From NCBI GenBank assembly GCA_030390025.1, contig CM059432.1, positions 54,066,001-54,130,000 of the forward strand: a DNA stretch of 64,000 nt, written 5' to 3'. Every line of letters begins with the position of its first letter. The stretch's first letter is position 1. Of this stretch, positions 1 to 12,815 are shown in pieces. A program made the position numbers and the translations under genes. This DNA is from Squalus acanthias. Its lineage: Eukaryota. The notes under the pieces are model-generated. The model was given only the letters and a program-made list of their open reading frames with translations. It made no database searches and had not been told where the DNA came from.

Positions 1-397
1 AGAATGAGTCACTCGCTTTTATTTAAACAATCAATAATTTAAGAAATTGGAAAAAAGATTCAAGGATATAAATAAAAATATGAAATGAATAATTAATACT
101 TAACTAAAATGACTCCACAATACATGCAATGACAAACTAGAAAATAAATAATATAATTCATAAGCTAAATTTGCCTACCTTGATTAAAAATAAGACAAAG
201 ATATGTACATCAAATGTTATCACTTAAACTGGCAGCTTCATACTTGCTGGGTGGTATAGTGCAGGTCAGATTTTTAGTTCAGCCAATGTTATACTGCAGC
301 AAGCCTGAGTATTACAGTTAATTATAATTGTTTGTTGCTACAATAAACTTAAAAGAAACAATTTTTAATAAAAATATCAATTTTAAAACGATTTGCC

Positions 398-925
398 GGG
401 TATTTTACTTTACAGGCGGAAAAGCAGCCTAGTGAGCAGTTGTTAGCCCGTGTGGAAGTGGCAGCGGGAGGCAGAGCCAATTTTAATGACCAGGCTTCAT
501 TAACATGCCGTGGGAAGCGGTAGATAGTCAGATGGCCCCGGAGTCCACTCGCCAGGCCCAAGGTAACTGCGGGGATGGTGGTGGGGGGTGGGGTGGAAGC
601 ACTCATCAATTCGTGAAGGGTAGTGGGAGTCCGAGCAGGGGAGGCCTACATTTTCCTTGTGGGGTCTGCAGGAGCACCCTGCTCCTTCTGGTCCTGCAAA
701 GGAATGTATTAAACTAATCCTGGAAAGGTATGTTCGGTGCTCTGACCAGGTTACGGCTCTCGAGGCAGCTGCTGCAGGTGCCCTGCTTACTTTCACGTTG
801 AATTGGTGTCAGGGTCCTATTAATGTAATAGGAACCCAATTTGCATAAATGTATGAGGCTCCCATCTGACTTGTCTGATGGGAGCTTCATAAGCCTGAAA
901 AATTAGGCATGTTAAAATTGCAGCC
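398..925. mobile_element. Degenerate Harbinger-type non-autonomous element (MITE)
   Basis: Ends resemble the TIRs of other MITEs in the window (gggtattttac ... gttaaaattgcagcc); interior resembles 20311-20760 and 13611-14140. Boundaries approximate. Confidence 0.5.
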
Positions 926-1389
926 AGGCCACTCACCTTCCCCTTTCTCTACTCTTATCTATTCTGACTCTGATGCCTGACATTAGGCCACTGATCAATG
1001 CAGAGATAGATCCAGACCCCAGTGGAGTGGCAATAGCTGGAGATGACATGCCTGAGGTTGTTGTCTGTCAGGATACCAGCACATGCCAGGCCTCTGGCCT
1101 ACTTATTCAGAGCACCAAGCCAATGGCACATAAAACATAGGTTGCGTTTATTTGCAACACCAGTGGGTTGGACCAGATTTCTCATTAGTCCCCTTGGAAG
1201 ACAAGACATACCCAACAGTTTGTCTGGAATGTGTTATTTGATCCTGCCTGCTGTAGACAACCCTGCAATGTGTAATTTGATTCAGTCTTGTTAGGCAGCC
1301 TACAAAAGTGGAGCTGTAGTTAGCTTTGTGAAGATCTTCCATTTTCTCGTGTTCTGCAATTGTCCTTGGCTGATAAAATAAAATACTTT

Positions 1390-1673
1390 GGGGGCGAAAT
1401 TCACCTCCTTTGCGCCCGCCGTTAGCGCCCCCCCTTTAACGGAAGGGGAGGGGGCGCTGAAATGCATCAGCGCTTCGCGCTCCGGCGCTACCGCGCTTTG
1501 TGCCCCACGCACCACCCCGAGAGGAAGTGGAGCGCCCGAGATAGCGCTCCGCTTCCTCGCCGGGGCGGTAAGCCCAATTTAGCAGCCAGGACGGGAGTAC
1601 CACCCTGGCTGCTAAATGTGAGGCGCTAATTCGGTTACCGCCCCCAAATGGGGTGTAAATTAATTTCGCCCCT
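1390..1673. mobile_element. PIF/Harbinger MITE
   Basis: TIRs GGGGGCGAAATT / AATTTCGCCCCT, 3-bp flanks TTT on both sides, GC-rich gcgct/agcgc subterminal motifs shared with 4735, 30802 and 43350. Confidence 0.8.
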
Positions 1674-1929
1674 TTTATATTCTAATTAGTGGGTTGGTTA
1701 CTTCTTTTTATGTTTTTTTCCTTCTGGAAGTGATAAAAATTCTTTAATTCAGAATGAAGGGACCAAGGTCAAGACTACAACTTTAAGAAATGCTCATTAA
1801 AATAGGAAATAAGAAGTGCAAATACTCAATGATCTCCGGATCTCAGGTGATGTTACTATAGCAGGAAGATAGTAAGAATTTGCCAATCAATAAACCAATG
1901 GGTGCGGGTGTGTGGGGTGTGTGTGTGTA

Positions 1930-2016
1930 TCCAACCTATCGATACACCAGTGAGTTCACAGTGGGGAGAGGTCGTTCACCTGCTCAATGTGTGAGGACGG
2001 ATTCACTAATTCATCC
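1930..2016 (+). pseudogene. Degenerate C2H2 zinc-finger coding remnant
   Basis: Frame from 1930 reads SNLSIHQ*VHSGERSFTCSMCEDGFTNSS, a decayed HQRVHTGERPFxCxxCGKGFxxSS Kruppel finger/linker with an in-frame stop. Confidence 0.7.
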
Positions 2017-2141
2017 GTTTGGAAGGACATGACCCACGTCTGACAGAGGGGGAGAACGTGATCCATCTCATCCCCCACTTTAGACATGGATCACGTTCTT
2101 CCCCCATCCCCACTGTTCTCCCCGTGCTCTAACCCCCCAAA

Positions 2142-2852
2142 AGTTCCTGACCTTCTCCTCCCTCCCCCCAAGTTCCTGACCTTCTCCTCCCCCCGAGTTC
2201 CTGACCTTCTCCTCCCCCGAGTTCCTGACCTTTCCTCCCCCTGAGTTCCTGACCTTCTCCTCCCCCCCGAGTTCCTGACCTTCTCCTCCCCCCCGAGTTC
2301 CTGACCTTCTCCTCCCCCCGAGTTCCTGACCTTCTCCTCCCCCCCGAGTTCCTGACCTTCTCCTCCCCCCGAGTTCCTGACCTTCTCCTCCCCCGAGTTC
2401 CTGACCTTTCCTCCCCCTGAGTTCCTGACCTTCTCCTCCCCCGCAAATTCCTGACCTTCTCCCCCCCACCCCTGAGCTCCTGACCTTCTCCCCCCCACCC
2501 CCGAGCGCCTGACCTTCTCACCCCTCCCTTCCGAGCTCCTCTTTCCCCCCCGAGCCCCTCTCATTCACCCCTCCGAGCTCCTCTCCTTTTTCCTTTCCGA
2601 TCCTTTCTCCTCTCCCCCCCAAGCTCCTCACCTCTCCCCCCTCCGATCCCCTCTCCTTCACCCCTCTGAGCTCCTCTCCTTTCTCCCCTACGATCCTTTC
2701 TCCTTCCCTCCTCCAAGCCCCTCTCCTTCCCCCTTCCGATCCCTTCTTCTCTCCCCCTCCGATCCTTTCTCCTCTCCCCATCCCCCGAGCTCCTCTCCTC
2801 TCCCCCCCTCCAAGCTCTTCTCCTCTCCCCCTCTGATCCCCTGACCTTCTCC
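2142..2852. repeat. C-rich (G-rich on minus) minisatellite, two sub-arrays
   Basis: About 15 copies of a 24-26 bp unit GAGTTCCTGACCTTCTCCTCCCCC (2142-2520), then a more diverged CCGAGCTCCTCTCC/CCGATCCTTTCTCC array (2520-2852). The repetitive G/E/R ORFs here are artefacts of the repeat. Confidence 0.95.
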
Positions 2853-3499
2853 ACAGGGAGGAAAGCATGGTTCAGGCCGCAGACCACAACCCTGCGGCCA
2901 GGCGCATACGTGTTTGCAACCTCCAGTGTGCATGTGCAGTTCCGGTGGGGGCGGGGCGGTGTTCAGGTTCCGCCCCCCCATACAGTGCGCATGCAGAAAA
3001 CCCCTTGCAAATAGTCAGTCTGTAAAAGGTAACACCAGGCTGCCCAGGAACAAGTTCAAGAAATGCAGCCAGCAGTAGCTCCTTCCTGGGAGCAAGCATT
3101 CATGAGAGGAGGGCCACCTCAGTCCCATGAGCCTTTTGTACCACAAAAACAGCCAACCACCTCTCGTGATGCTGGTCCTCAGATTGCACCTAGGAGAGAA
3201 AGGTGTGTTTAGCCAACCAGGGAAAGCACAATGTCAAGAAAGAGAAGAGGACATTGGCTTGATTTAACTTGGGTATTTTTTTGGCCTAGAAATTTGATTG
3301 CTCAGCGCCCATTTTTTGGGGCAAAAAATAGGCGTTGCAGAGTGTGGCATGGGGTGCACATGCGCTCATTCCACACCTGAAGTATGCCGCATGCCATATT
3401 GGTTAGGGCACCCTGTGGTCATTGAAGGCACTTGCCTGAACCAGGTTTTAGGTCCATTACCTATGCAAATCGGGGGCCTAATGACTGTTTCAGGCTCCT

Positions 3500-3925
3500 G
3501 TATGCAAATGTGTCCCAACTGAGCACAATATATGTCTCCTCTCTTCCTACCGTCCAGAGCCCCAAACACTCCTTCCAGGTGAAACAGCGATTTACTTGTA
3601 CTTCTTGCAATTTAGTATACTGTATTCGCTGCTCACGGTGCGGTCTCCTCTACTTTGGGAAAATTAAATGCAGATTGGGTGACCACTGTGTGGAACATTT
3701 CCATTTAGCCCGCAAATGTGACCCCAAGCTTCCAGTCACCTGTCACTTTAATTCTCTGCTCCACTCCCACTTTGACCTTTCTGTCCTCAGCATCTAAACT
3801 GTTCCAATGAAGCTCAACAGAAACTCGAGGAACAGCACCTAATCTTTTGATTAGGCACTTTACAGTCTTCTGGACTCAAAACATTGAATTCAACAATTTC
3901 AGATCATAACCTTTGCCTCCATTTT
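3500..3925 (+). mobile_element. Penelope-like element fragment (GIY-YIG endonuclease region)
   Basis: FQVKQRFTCTSCNLVYCIRCSRCGLLYFGKIKCRLGDHCVEH is the VY-x-I-x-C-x2-C-x3-Y-x-G GIY-YIG signature; the continuation CSNEAQQKLEEQHLIF is frameshifted. Confidence 0.85.
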
Positions 3926-4310
3926 GATGAGGGAGTGACTATTTAAGATGGTGGATGGGATGCCAATCAAGCGGGCTGCCTTGTCCTGGATGATGTCGAG
4001 CTTCTTTGGTGTTGTTGGAGCTGCACTCATCGAGGCAAGTGGCGAGTATTCCATCACACTCCTGACTTGTGTCTTGTAGATGGTGGAAAGGCTTTGGGGA
4101 GTCAGGAGGTGAGACACTCGCCGCAGAATACCCAGCCTCTGACCTGCTCTTGCAGCCACTGTATTTATGTGGCTGGTCCAGTTAAATTTCTGGTTAATGG
4201 TGACCTCCAGGATGTTGATGGTGGGGGATTCGATGATGGTAATGACATTGAATGTCAAGTGGAGGTGGTTAGACTCTTTCTTGTTGAAGAGAGTCATTGC
4301 CTGGCATTGC
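3926..4310 (-). mobile_element. CR1/Zenon-like LINE fragment (RT C-terminal region)
   Basis: IYKTQVRSVMEYSPLASMSAAPTTPKKLDIIQDKAARLIG; same family as 18355, 26860 and 61382. Confidence 0.85.
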
Positions 4311-4559
4311 AGGAAGGACCTTTGGAAACCTGGGCGGATATCAATTTTGGGGTGGAAAAGCAATTGAAACAGTTTGCACCTCATTTCGCTGGCCAGCCAA
4401 GTGATTTGGACCAATCCTAAGCCCCAAAATGCTGAAAATGGTGTGGCATTTTGGACTCTCACATTAAAACCTCTTTCTGCTCTTAAATATTTTGTTCTTA
4501 TCAGTCTTTCTTAAACAAGAAAGATCAGCTACATTTTCTTGACAATGTGATGTACGAAC

Positions 4560-5910
4560 TATTGAAAAAAGACATGAAAAGAGCAGCTGGTCCATCAAGC
4601 CTGACCTGTCCACCATCTAACTCATCCTTCAATACCCACAACCTCCCACCTCCCCCTCCCCCGCCCTTCCCCTTACAGTAATCTGGAGGAGGCAAAAAAG
4701 AGAGCAAAAACCTTCGGCTAATTTGGGAAAATAAGGGGTAAAAATTTGCTGGGTTAGCGTCCCGAAAAAGTTAGCGCCCCAGCGGCCGATTTTCTCAGGT
4801 AGTGCCCCGAGAGGGAGGAGGGGCGCTACTGGAAGCGCCCCGCATCCCTCTTGGGGCGCTGCGAGCCAATATCGTGGCACATCGCGCCACGGTACTGCAG
4901 GCCTTCTTCCCCTTATTAAAGGGGAGTGGCCTGGTGCAGCGCATCCCGGCGCCCAGCTGGGCCACCAGGGATCAGGACTGCCGGCAAGCGAGCTGGGCAC
5001 TCAAGAGGAGTGCTGGGCTCACGGAGAGCAGCTGTCACCCCGCGGGGGGGCTTCACGAGAGCCGGGGACAGCAACGGGGGCAGGTGCTGGCAGGGGGCCA
5101 GCAACAAAAATGGCCACCAGCCACTTCTCCTTTAACTAGCGCTGTCCCGGCCATGGGTAGGCCTCCCTGACCCCGGCGGACATAGCGTCCGGCAGTTAGT
5201 CGGGGGGCGCCACCCAATATTACAGCCGGGGCGCGAGCGGGGCGCTGCGCACGGTGATGACGCCATCGCCGGTGGCGCAGAGCCGCATGGCGCGAATGGT
5301 TAGCGCCGCTGCTAACCTCCCGCTGAATTTCGCGTTAGCGGCGCCGCGCCCAAGCGCTAGTTGATTTGCGCCCCATTAGCGCCCTCTTAGAGCGCTAATG
5401 GGAGGAGCAAATCAACCGAATTTAGCCCCCTAAAACTCTAGGATATTCCTCTCCAACTCCTGCAGACAATCAAGCAAACTCCAGGAGAGCATGGTGACTG
5501 ATACCACTACACAATCAACTCACCTACCTTTTATAACTGGAGATGTCTTCCACTTGTAGGAACTTGTCACCCTTTTGAGTGCTTTCAGTGAATCTGCACT
5601 CACCCCTGACATTGGCAACTTGTCACAGAGGTTGATATCTCTCTGCAACACGAAGAACTTCCTGGCATCTAACCTAATTCTATGATTCCACAGTTTACAC
5701 TGAAGCCTCCTCGTTGTCTGATTATCTAACGCAAATAAACTATCCACCTGGGCAGAACCTATTCCCTTCATAATTTTAAAGACTTCGTTCATTTTCCCTC
5801 AAAGTTTAAAAAGACCAATTAGGTATCAATCGAGGAGCCCTCCTTTGAACCTTTGCCAAGGCCTTGATATTCCCCACCAGGTGACAGGACCAAAACAGGG
5901 CACAGCTGTC
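4560..5910 (-). mobile_element. Old CR1 LINE 3' fragment, interrupted by a MITE
   Basis: ORF 5520-5792 (EVFKIMKG...RLDARKFFVLQRDINLCDKLP) is a diverged CR1 ORF2 C-terminus; 3' UTR-like sequence lies on both sides of the MITE at 4735-5430. Confidence 0.7.
4735..5430. mobile_element. PIF/Harbinger MITE
   Basis: TIR-like ends GGGGTAAAAATT / AATTTAGCCCCC with TAA target-site duplication (4732-4734, 5431-5433); CpG-rich interior. Confidence 0.85.
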
Positions 5911-6825
5911 TGTAGATTTAAATTCACTGATCTTTCCTTATTGGGTGAGGTCAGCTTGTAGCCCCACAGTTGTTGTCAGCACCCAATGTGCAGCAGACCA
6001 GGGGCCAATCCACTGCTACCATATTGTCTTCCCCACAAGGTGAAACAGCCCATTACAAAGATAGGGCAGACCAGTTTCAGTCAAAAAATTCTAAGGCCAT
6101 AGCTTTATTTTCCTTAATGGTACTTGTGCCCCTGAAAGAAGGCTTCAAAGATGGTTGCTGGTTCTTAATTTACTTCTTTCCTATCCCTGTAACAAAACTT
6201 TATGATGTTTCTATGTGTTGATCTATTACTGTGATCTGTTTTCTGTGATTCTTGGAGTTGTGTAATAGTGTTAGGTATATCTCCAAACTCCTTGGTAATC
6301 CAGTAGAACATAAAGGCCTAGAAATTCGGTTGCATAGGGCCTGTTCTTTGGGTACTATGGGTGCCAAATTGGGACCAAAATGGTGTCCGAGCAGCACGCG
6401 CACACTTCTGGTGCGTGCCACGCCAGACACCAACTTGGTGAGGGCATTGCGGCGGCTGTTAGAAGCATGCGCTGGAAGTATGGTAAGTAGGCAGATCGTG
6501 ACGTCAATCAGCGTGCAACACTGATTTGATGCCAGCACTGCCATTTTCATCGTCATCGCTGGATCTAACGTCCTCTCTTAACCTCGCACATATGAACATG
6601 TGTTCAGCAGCAGGAAAGACCCCCCACCAGTGCTATTTAAAGGGATCATCACCAATCTCAGGTAACCTGCTTTTTGATTTCTACTGGCTCTGTGTATGTT
6701 TGTGGAAGTGTTTGCAGCTTTCTAGAGTTATTTAAAGTTGGCGAGGTGACAGAGAGTGGTGCTGCAAGTGGAGAAGGCCTTGCTTCTGACTTCAAGGATT
6801 CTGGTCAGACCAGTTGCTCCCAGTC

Positions 6826-7252
6826 ATGGGTGCTCTCGTTGTTATCCCCCTCGGCCTGCAGCATGACAGGGAGATGGAGCAGAGGCAGCGAAGAAGAGGA
6901 CAAGCTGCTCACAGAGGGAGGAGCAGGAGAGGGAGAAGAGCTCTCAGCAGGAGACCTTAGGGTCTTCCGAGAACAATTCTCTTACCTCAACCTGAACCTG
7001 GAGCAGTGTTTGAGCCATCTGCGCTTTATGAAGGAGGTGCTTACTGTGGTGATCTGCTGTATCCTCCACAACCTGGCCATCATGAGGGCACACCCCTTGC
7101 CACCAGGGATATGGCCACCAGCTCAGGAGCAGGAGGAGGAAGAGGAGGAAGTGTAAGAGGAGGAGGAGGAAGCGGAAGGAAAGAGGTAACCCAGACAGAC
7201 CCTTTCTGGCCATGATATCCAGGATCGAATCATTCGGCTGCAGTACCAGTGA
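6826..7252 (+). pseudogene. Harbinger (HARBI1-like) transposase remnant, catalytic core deleted
   Basis: N-terminal VFREQFSYLNLNLEQCLSHLRFMKEVLT joined directly to the C-terminal VVICCILHNLAI motif. Confidence 0.8.
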
Positions 7253-7542
7253 CCACAACCCCAATTCCCCTTTCAACATTAGTCTCACACCTTACCTTCC
7301 CTCTGTTACTGACTATCACAGCATCCTCTTGGCCACAATGCTGAAATAAAAGCCACCACAAACCAAACATTCCAATCCAACTTTATACATCTATCCATCC
7401 AATATTACATTAAAAAATCAACTAATCACCCTTGTGCATTCCCTTAGTGACTGTCTTGCATGAGCCTTTGCCTATCCCAGTGCTCCTATGCAGTGCTACC
7501 CCAGTGGTTGCTACATGGCTGGTGAAAGGGTGCTGACTTTCA

Positions 7543-9298
7543 TTGGGGAGACTGTAGATGGCCTTGCAGGACGACCTCGAGGAGTTCGGGCCTAGTAGGC
7601 TTGGCTTCGGACTGCACCACCTCGGCATGGGTGGCAGCAGATGAGCTGGTGGCTGACAGGCAACAGCAAGGGCACTGGCGGAGTGGCAGTGGTGGAAAGA
7701 TGAATGTTGTCATCCTGAGAGAGGACAACAGGGTCGGCCTCCACGGATCCATTGCCACTCCCCAGGGGCAGCACCTCAGCAATCCTAGTAATCTGATGGA
7801 GTACAGATTGCTGGACTGCTGTGAAACCCTGCCAGCCCCTTTCAACACTGGTAACCGCAGCCATGATGGCAGCAGTCTGTGCTTGCATGGCAGCAAGCTG
7901 AGCTTGCATGACTTCAATTTGAGTTTCCATTGCAGCACTCAGACGTTGGATGGCTTCTGCTTTTGCTGTAATGGAAGCTGAGACTATGGCCATCAGACGC
8001 TGCATCATGGTTGTGTCCACAAATAGATTAATGGATCTGACCAGCCCTTCCACGCTGGAAAGGATGGGCTCCAAGCTCTGCCCAAAGCCCTGGGAAAGGC
8101 TAGCATTGGACTCCTCCATGCTCCTTGACATTGCATTCAGGCTTTCTGGCAAGCCTGCCAATGCACCAAGCAGTCTTCCTCTGAGTCCTGTGCAGCAGAA
8201 CTCGTGTGCAGCCTCACGCTCCGGGGAGCTGGCACCTGAGCTACCCTTTCCCCCAGTCCTGACTGCAGGCCGCCTGTGCCCGGTGTCTCACCACGTGCAA
8301 ATCCTGCATCTATCCTATCCTCTAAAGTACTCACAGTGTCAGTATCTAAGCTGGTGGCTGGGAGTGTGAAATCGAGTGACGGTGTTTCTTCTTTTTCTAC
8401 ACTCTCCTCTCCTTCTTCATGATAACCCACTGGCTGGACATGTTGGATTTCTTGGGTGTCTGAAATGAGAAAGGCACAAGGGTAGGGTTGTGGTGAGGGG
8501 AGGGGGGGAAAGCAAGAGGTGCATGCTTACACCATGTGCAGCTTGTAAATCAGAAGAGATTGTGGGATGAGGAGGAAGTGGGATGTGACAAGGAGGATAA
8601 CATCTAAGGATACCTTCATCATCTATTCTTTCAGCCACGCTGCTGGCCACGGGCTCTGCCTAGCCCCTGCCAAGAATGGCCAGCACCGTCTCCTCCATGG
8701 GGGTGAGGTCATGCAGGCGAGCCTGTCCATCGCCGGTTAAGTTCTGCTGGCGCCAGTTATGCGCCAGCTTTTCATGCAAGAGATACGAAAGTGTGCCAGT
8801 GAGTGTGCTGTAATGTGTTTGAGTGATGTGCCTGTTATGGTCAAATAGCTGACAGTGTGTTCAAGCTGTGAGATGTGGCTGTGCGGCTTTCAGCAGTGGT
8901 AGGTATGTGTGGGTGAGTTGAATCTAAGAATGTGAGGTATGAGTCGTGTTTGGTAGAGATTGTTGGTAGGTGAGTGATGGGGGTGTGGTGCATTGAGCAG
9001 TGTGTGAGGCTAGTGGTGCAGATGGTGGGATGTGGCATTTGAAGATGAATTGACTGACCTTGACCACTCGTGTGAGGTCATTAATCTTCTTCCTGCACTG
9101 AGTCAAGATTCTCAGGGCTATACTGCTGGCATTGACCACATTAGCTATCTGCTCTCACTGCAGTCTGGTCTGTTGCCTGGAGGGCCTCGTGGCCCCCTGT
9201 GGAAAGAGCATCTCTTTCCTGGAGTTTACCTCCTGGACCAATTCCTCCAGTGCTGCATCCGAGAACTTTGGAGCCCTTTCTTTGGCCTGTTGAGCCAT
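7543..9298 (-). pseudogene. Harbinger Myb/SANT-like (trihelix) DNA-binding gene, 3 exons, decayed
   Basis: Exon 1, 9298-9059: MAQQAKERAPKFSDAALEELVQEV...LQ*EQIANVVNASS...TQCRKKINDLTRVVK, with AAG|GTCAGT donor. The exon-2 acceptor is mutated (tcttgcat|gaa near 8775). Exon-3 acceptor catttcag near 8459 leads into coiled-coil-like ORFs 8137-8430 and 7592-8161. Confidence 0.8.
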
Positions 9299-9799
9299 TA
9301 TTAAGTCTTCTTCTTTCTAAGACTTGCCTTCATAACCAGTTCCAGCACCTGTTGCAGGCAGAAGGCACCTCCCCTTTAAGAGGTGCAGACTGCCATAAAG
9401 TAGTGCAGGCTAGCTTTAATTGGAGCTAGCCTTGCACAAACTTAGGACCCCTTCCATGCATTCAGCCACTCAGTGCTCGGCTGAATACTAAAATCATGTA
9501 AATTAGCAGCCAGCATGAATTTTACGTGCCAAACAAGCACAGGTTGTTATCACATCGCGATCACTATCGCTAGAGAAAAAGTACTAGACAAACTAATGGG
9601 ATTAAAGGTGGACAAGTCCCCTGGATCCGATGGCCTGCATCCTAGGGTCTTAAAAGAGGTGGCTGCAGAGATAGTGGATGCATTGGTTGTAATCTACCAA
9701 AATTCCCTGGATTCTGGAGAGGTCCCAGCAGACTGGAAAACCGCAAATGTAACGGCCCTATTTAAGAAAGGAGGGAGACAGAAAGCAGGCAACTATAGA

Positions 9800-9924
9800 T
9801 CAATGTGAGAAGTCGCACAACACCAGGTTATAGTCCAACAGTTTTATTTGAAACTGTTGGACTATAACCTGGTGTTGTGCGACTTCTCACATTTGTCCAC
9901 CCCAGTCCAACATCTCCACATCAT
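9800..9924. mobile_element. Penelope terminal fragment forming a perfect 43-bp inverted repeat
   Basis: Arms 9802-9844 and 9851-9893 are exact reverse complements; flanked by GGCAACTATAGA / GGCAACTGTAGA duplication; same sequence follows the hammerhead motif at 21541-21575. Confidence 0.8.
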
Positions 9925-10068
9925 GGCAACTGTAGACCAGTTAGCCTAACATCTGTCATTGGGAAAATGCTGGAGTCCATCATAAAGGAAGTGGTAGCAG
10001 GACATTTAGAAAATCATAAGATAGTCAAGCATGGTTTTATGAAAGGGAAATCATGTTTGACAAATTTA

Positions 10069-10897
10069 GAGACATAGAAACATAGAAAAATAGGAGCAGG
10101 AGTAGGCCATTCGGCCCTTCAAGCCTGCTCCACCATTCAATATGATCATGGCTGATCCCCTATCTCAATACCATATTCCTGCTCTCTCCCCATAGCCCTT
10201 GATGCCTTTTGTGTCTAGAAATTTATCTATCTCCTTCTATATTCAGTGACTTGGCCTCCACAGCCTTCTGTGGTAGAGAATTCCACAGGTTCACCACTCT
10301 CTGAGTGAAGAAATTCCTCCTCACCTCAGTCCTAAATGACCTACCCCGTATCCTGAGACTGTGACCCCTCGTTCTAGATCCCCCAGCCAGGGGAAACATC
10401 CTCCCTGCATCCAGTCTGTCTAGCCCTGTCAGAATTTTATACGTTTCAATGAGATCCCCTCTCATTCTTCTAAACTCTAGTGAATACAGGCCTAGTCGAC
10501 CCAATCTCTCCTCATACGACAGTCCTGCCATCCCAGGAATCAGTCTGGTGAACCTTCGCTGCACTCCCTCTGTGGCAAGTATATCCTTTCTTAGGTAAGG
10601 AGACCAAAACTGCACACAGTACTCCAGGTGTGGTCTCACCAAGGCCCTGTATAACTGTAGTAAGACATCCTTGCTCCTGTACTCAAATCCTCTTGCAATG
10701 AAGGCCAACATACCATTTGTCTTCCTAACTGCTTGCTGCACCTGCATGTTTGCTTTCAGTGACTGGTGTACAAGGACACCCAGGTCCCTCTGTACATCAA
10801 CATTTCCCAATGTATTACCATTTAAATTATTCTCTGCCTTTCTGTTTTTCCTACCAAAGTGGATAACTTCACATTTATCCACGTTATACTGCATCTA
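10069..10897 (-). mobile_element. CR1 LINE 3' fragment inserted antisense in another CR1
   Basis: ORF 10223-10894 is a CR1 ORF2 C-terminus; tail seen as catagaaacatagaa; host CR1 reads CLTNL|LEFFE across it. Confidence 0.95.
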
Positions 10898-12336
10898 TGC
10901 TGGAGTTCTTTGAGGATGTAACGAGCAGGGTGGATAAAGGGGAACCAGTAGATGTCGTGTATTTGGATTTCCAGAAGGCATTCGATAAGGTGCCACATAA
11001 AAGGTTACTGCACAAGATAAGAGCTCACGGGGTTGGGGGTAATATATTAGAATGGATAGAGGATTGGCTAACAGAAAACAGAGAGTCGGGATAAATGGGT
11101 CATTTTCAGGTTGGCAAACTGTAACTAATAGGGTACCGTAGGGATCAATGCTGGGGCCTCAACTATTTACAATCTATATCAATGACTTGGATGAAGGGAT
11201 CGAGTGTAATGAAGCCAAATTTGCTGACGATACAAAGATAGGTGGGAAAGCAAATTGTGTGGATGACGCAAAGAATCTCCAAAGGGATATAGATAGGCTA
11301 AGTGAGTGGGCAAAAATCTAGCAGATGGAGTATAATGTGGGAAAATGCAAGGTTATCCACTTTGGTAGGAAAAATAAAAAAGCAAATTATTATTTAAATG
11401 GGGAGAGATTACAAAATGCTGAAGTACAGAGGGATCTGGGGGTCCTTGTACATGAATCACAAAAAGTTAGCATGCAGGTACAGCAAGTAATTAGGAAGGC
11501 AAATGGAATGTTGGCATTTATTGCAAAGGGAATGGAGTATAAATGTAGGGAAGTCCTGTTACAACTGTACAGGGCATTGGTGAGACCACACCTGGAGTAC
11601 TGTGTACAGTTTTGGTCTCCTTATTTAAGGAGGGATATACTTGCATTGGAGGCAGTTCAGAAAAGGTTCACGAGGTTGATTCCGGAGATGAAAGGGTTGT
11701 CTTATGAAGAAAGCTTGAGCAGGTTGGGCCTATACTCATTGGAGTTTAGAAGAATGAGAGGTGATCTTATTGAAACATATAAGATTCTGAAGGGGCTTGA
11801 CAGGGTAGATGCAGAGAGGATGTTTCCCCTCGTGGGGGAATCTAGAACTAGGGGGCATAATTTCAGAATAAGGGGGCACCAATTTAAAATGGAAATGAGG
11901 AGGAATTTCTTCTCTCAGAGGGTCGTGAATCTTTGGAATTCTCTTCCCCAGAGAGCTGTGGAGGCTGGGTCATTGAATATATTTAAGGTGGAGGTAGACA
12001 GACTTTCAAATGGCAAGGGAGTCGAGGGTTATGGGGAGCGGGCAGGGAAGTGGAGTTGAGGCCAAGATCAGATCACCCATGATCTTATTGAATGGCAGAG
12101 CAGGCTCGAGGGGCCAAATGACCTACTCCTGCTCCTACGTCTTATGTTCTTATGTTCTTATGATCCACGTGCTCTTTTTCGGGGGCTACCGAATTTCTCG
12201 GCCAAAACATCTGAGGGCTCATTTCCCAGTGCAAACATTAATGTGGGAGCTCACTGTCAGTGCAGGGAGTGAAATAGACTGCAGTGGCTAAATAAAGGGG
12301 CAGCTTAGTTGTTGCTGGACAGAAAACTGGAAAATA

Positions 12337-12815
12337 ACAACAACTTACATTTATATAGCATCTTTAACGTAGTAAAACATCCCAAGGCACTTCACAGCAG
12401 TGTCATCAGATAAAATGTTACATCGAGCCACATAAAGAGATAATAGGAGAGGTGGCCAAAAGCATAGTTAAGGAGAGAGAGGCAGAGAGGATTAGGAAGG
12501 AAATTCCAGAGGTTAGGGCCCAGGCAGCTGAAGACATGCCGTCAATGGAGAGGCAAAGGAAATCGAGGATGCACAAAAGGTCAGAATTGGATGAACGCAG
12601 AGTTACGGAGGGTTGTCGGACTGGAGGAGATTACAGAGATTAGGAGGGGCAAGGCCTCGGACGGCTTTGAACACAAGGATGAGAGATTTAAATTTGAGGC
12701 ATTTCTGGGCCAGGAGCATATGTAGGTCGCGAGCACAGGGGTGATGGGTGAGCGGAACTTGGTGCGAGTCAGATCACGGGCAGCAGAGCTTTGGATGAGC
12801 TGAAGTTTATGAAGA
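12337..12815 (-). mobile_element. L2 LINE 3' end (tail shared with the Deu SINE)
   Basis: caacttacatttatatagcatcttt is the reverse complement of the aaggcgctatataaatgcaagt tail seen at 30400-30420. Confidence 0.65.

Larger units (their letters stand above)
9550..12162 (+). mobile_element. CR1 LINE, 5'-truncated ORF2 (RT) with 3' tail
   Basis: KSPGSDGLHPRVLKE, DFQKAFDKVPH, FADDTK and RPHLEYCVQFWSP motifs; (TTCTTATG)n tail ending at 12162. Confidence 0.95.
6315..12203. mobile_element. Internally deleted PIF/Harbinger DNA transposon with nested CR1 and Penelope insertions
   Basis: TIRs GGCCTAGAAATTCGG (6315) / CCGAATTTCTCGGCC (ends 12203), AAA on both flanks; contains convergent transposase and Myb/SANT remnants. 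Confidence 0.85.

Noticed and set aside
2080..2981. Several long Gly/Glu/Arg-rich ORFs
   Set aside because: Translations of a stop-free minisatellite in all minus frames.
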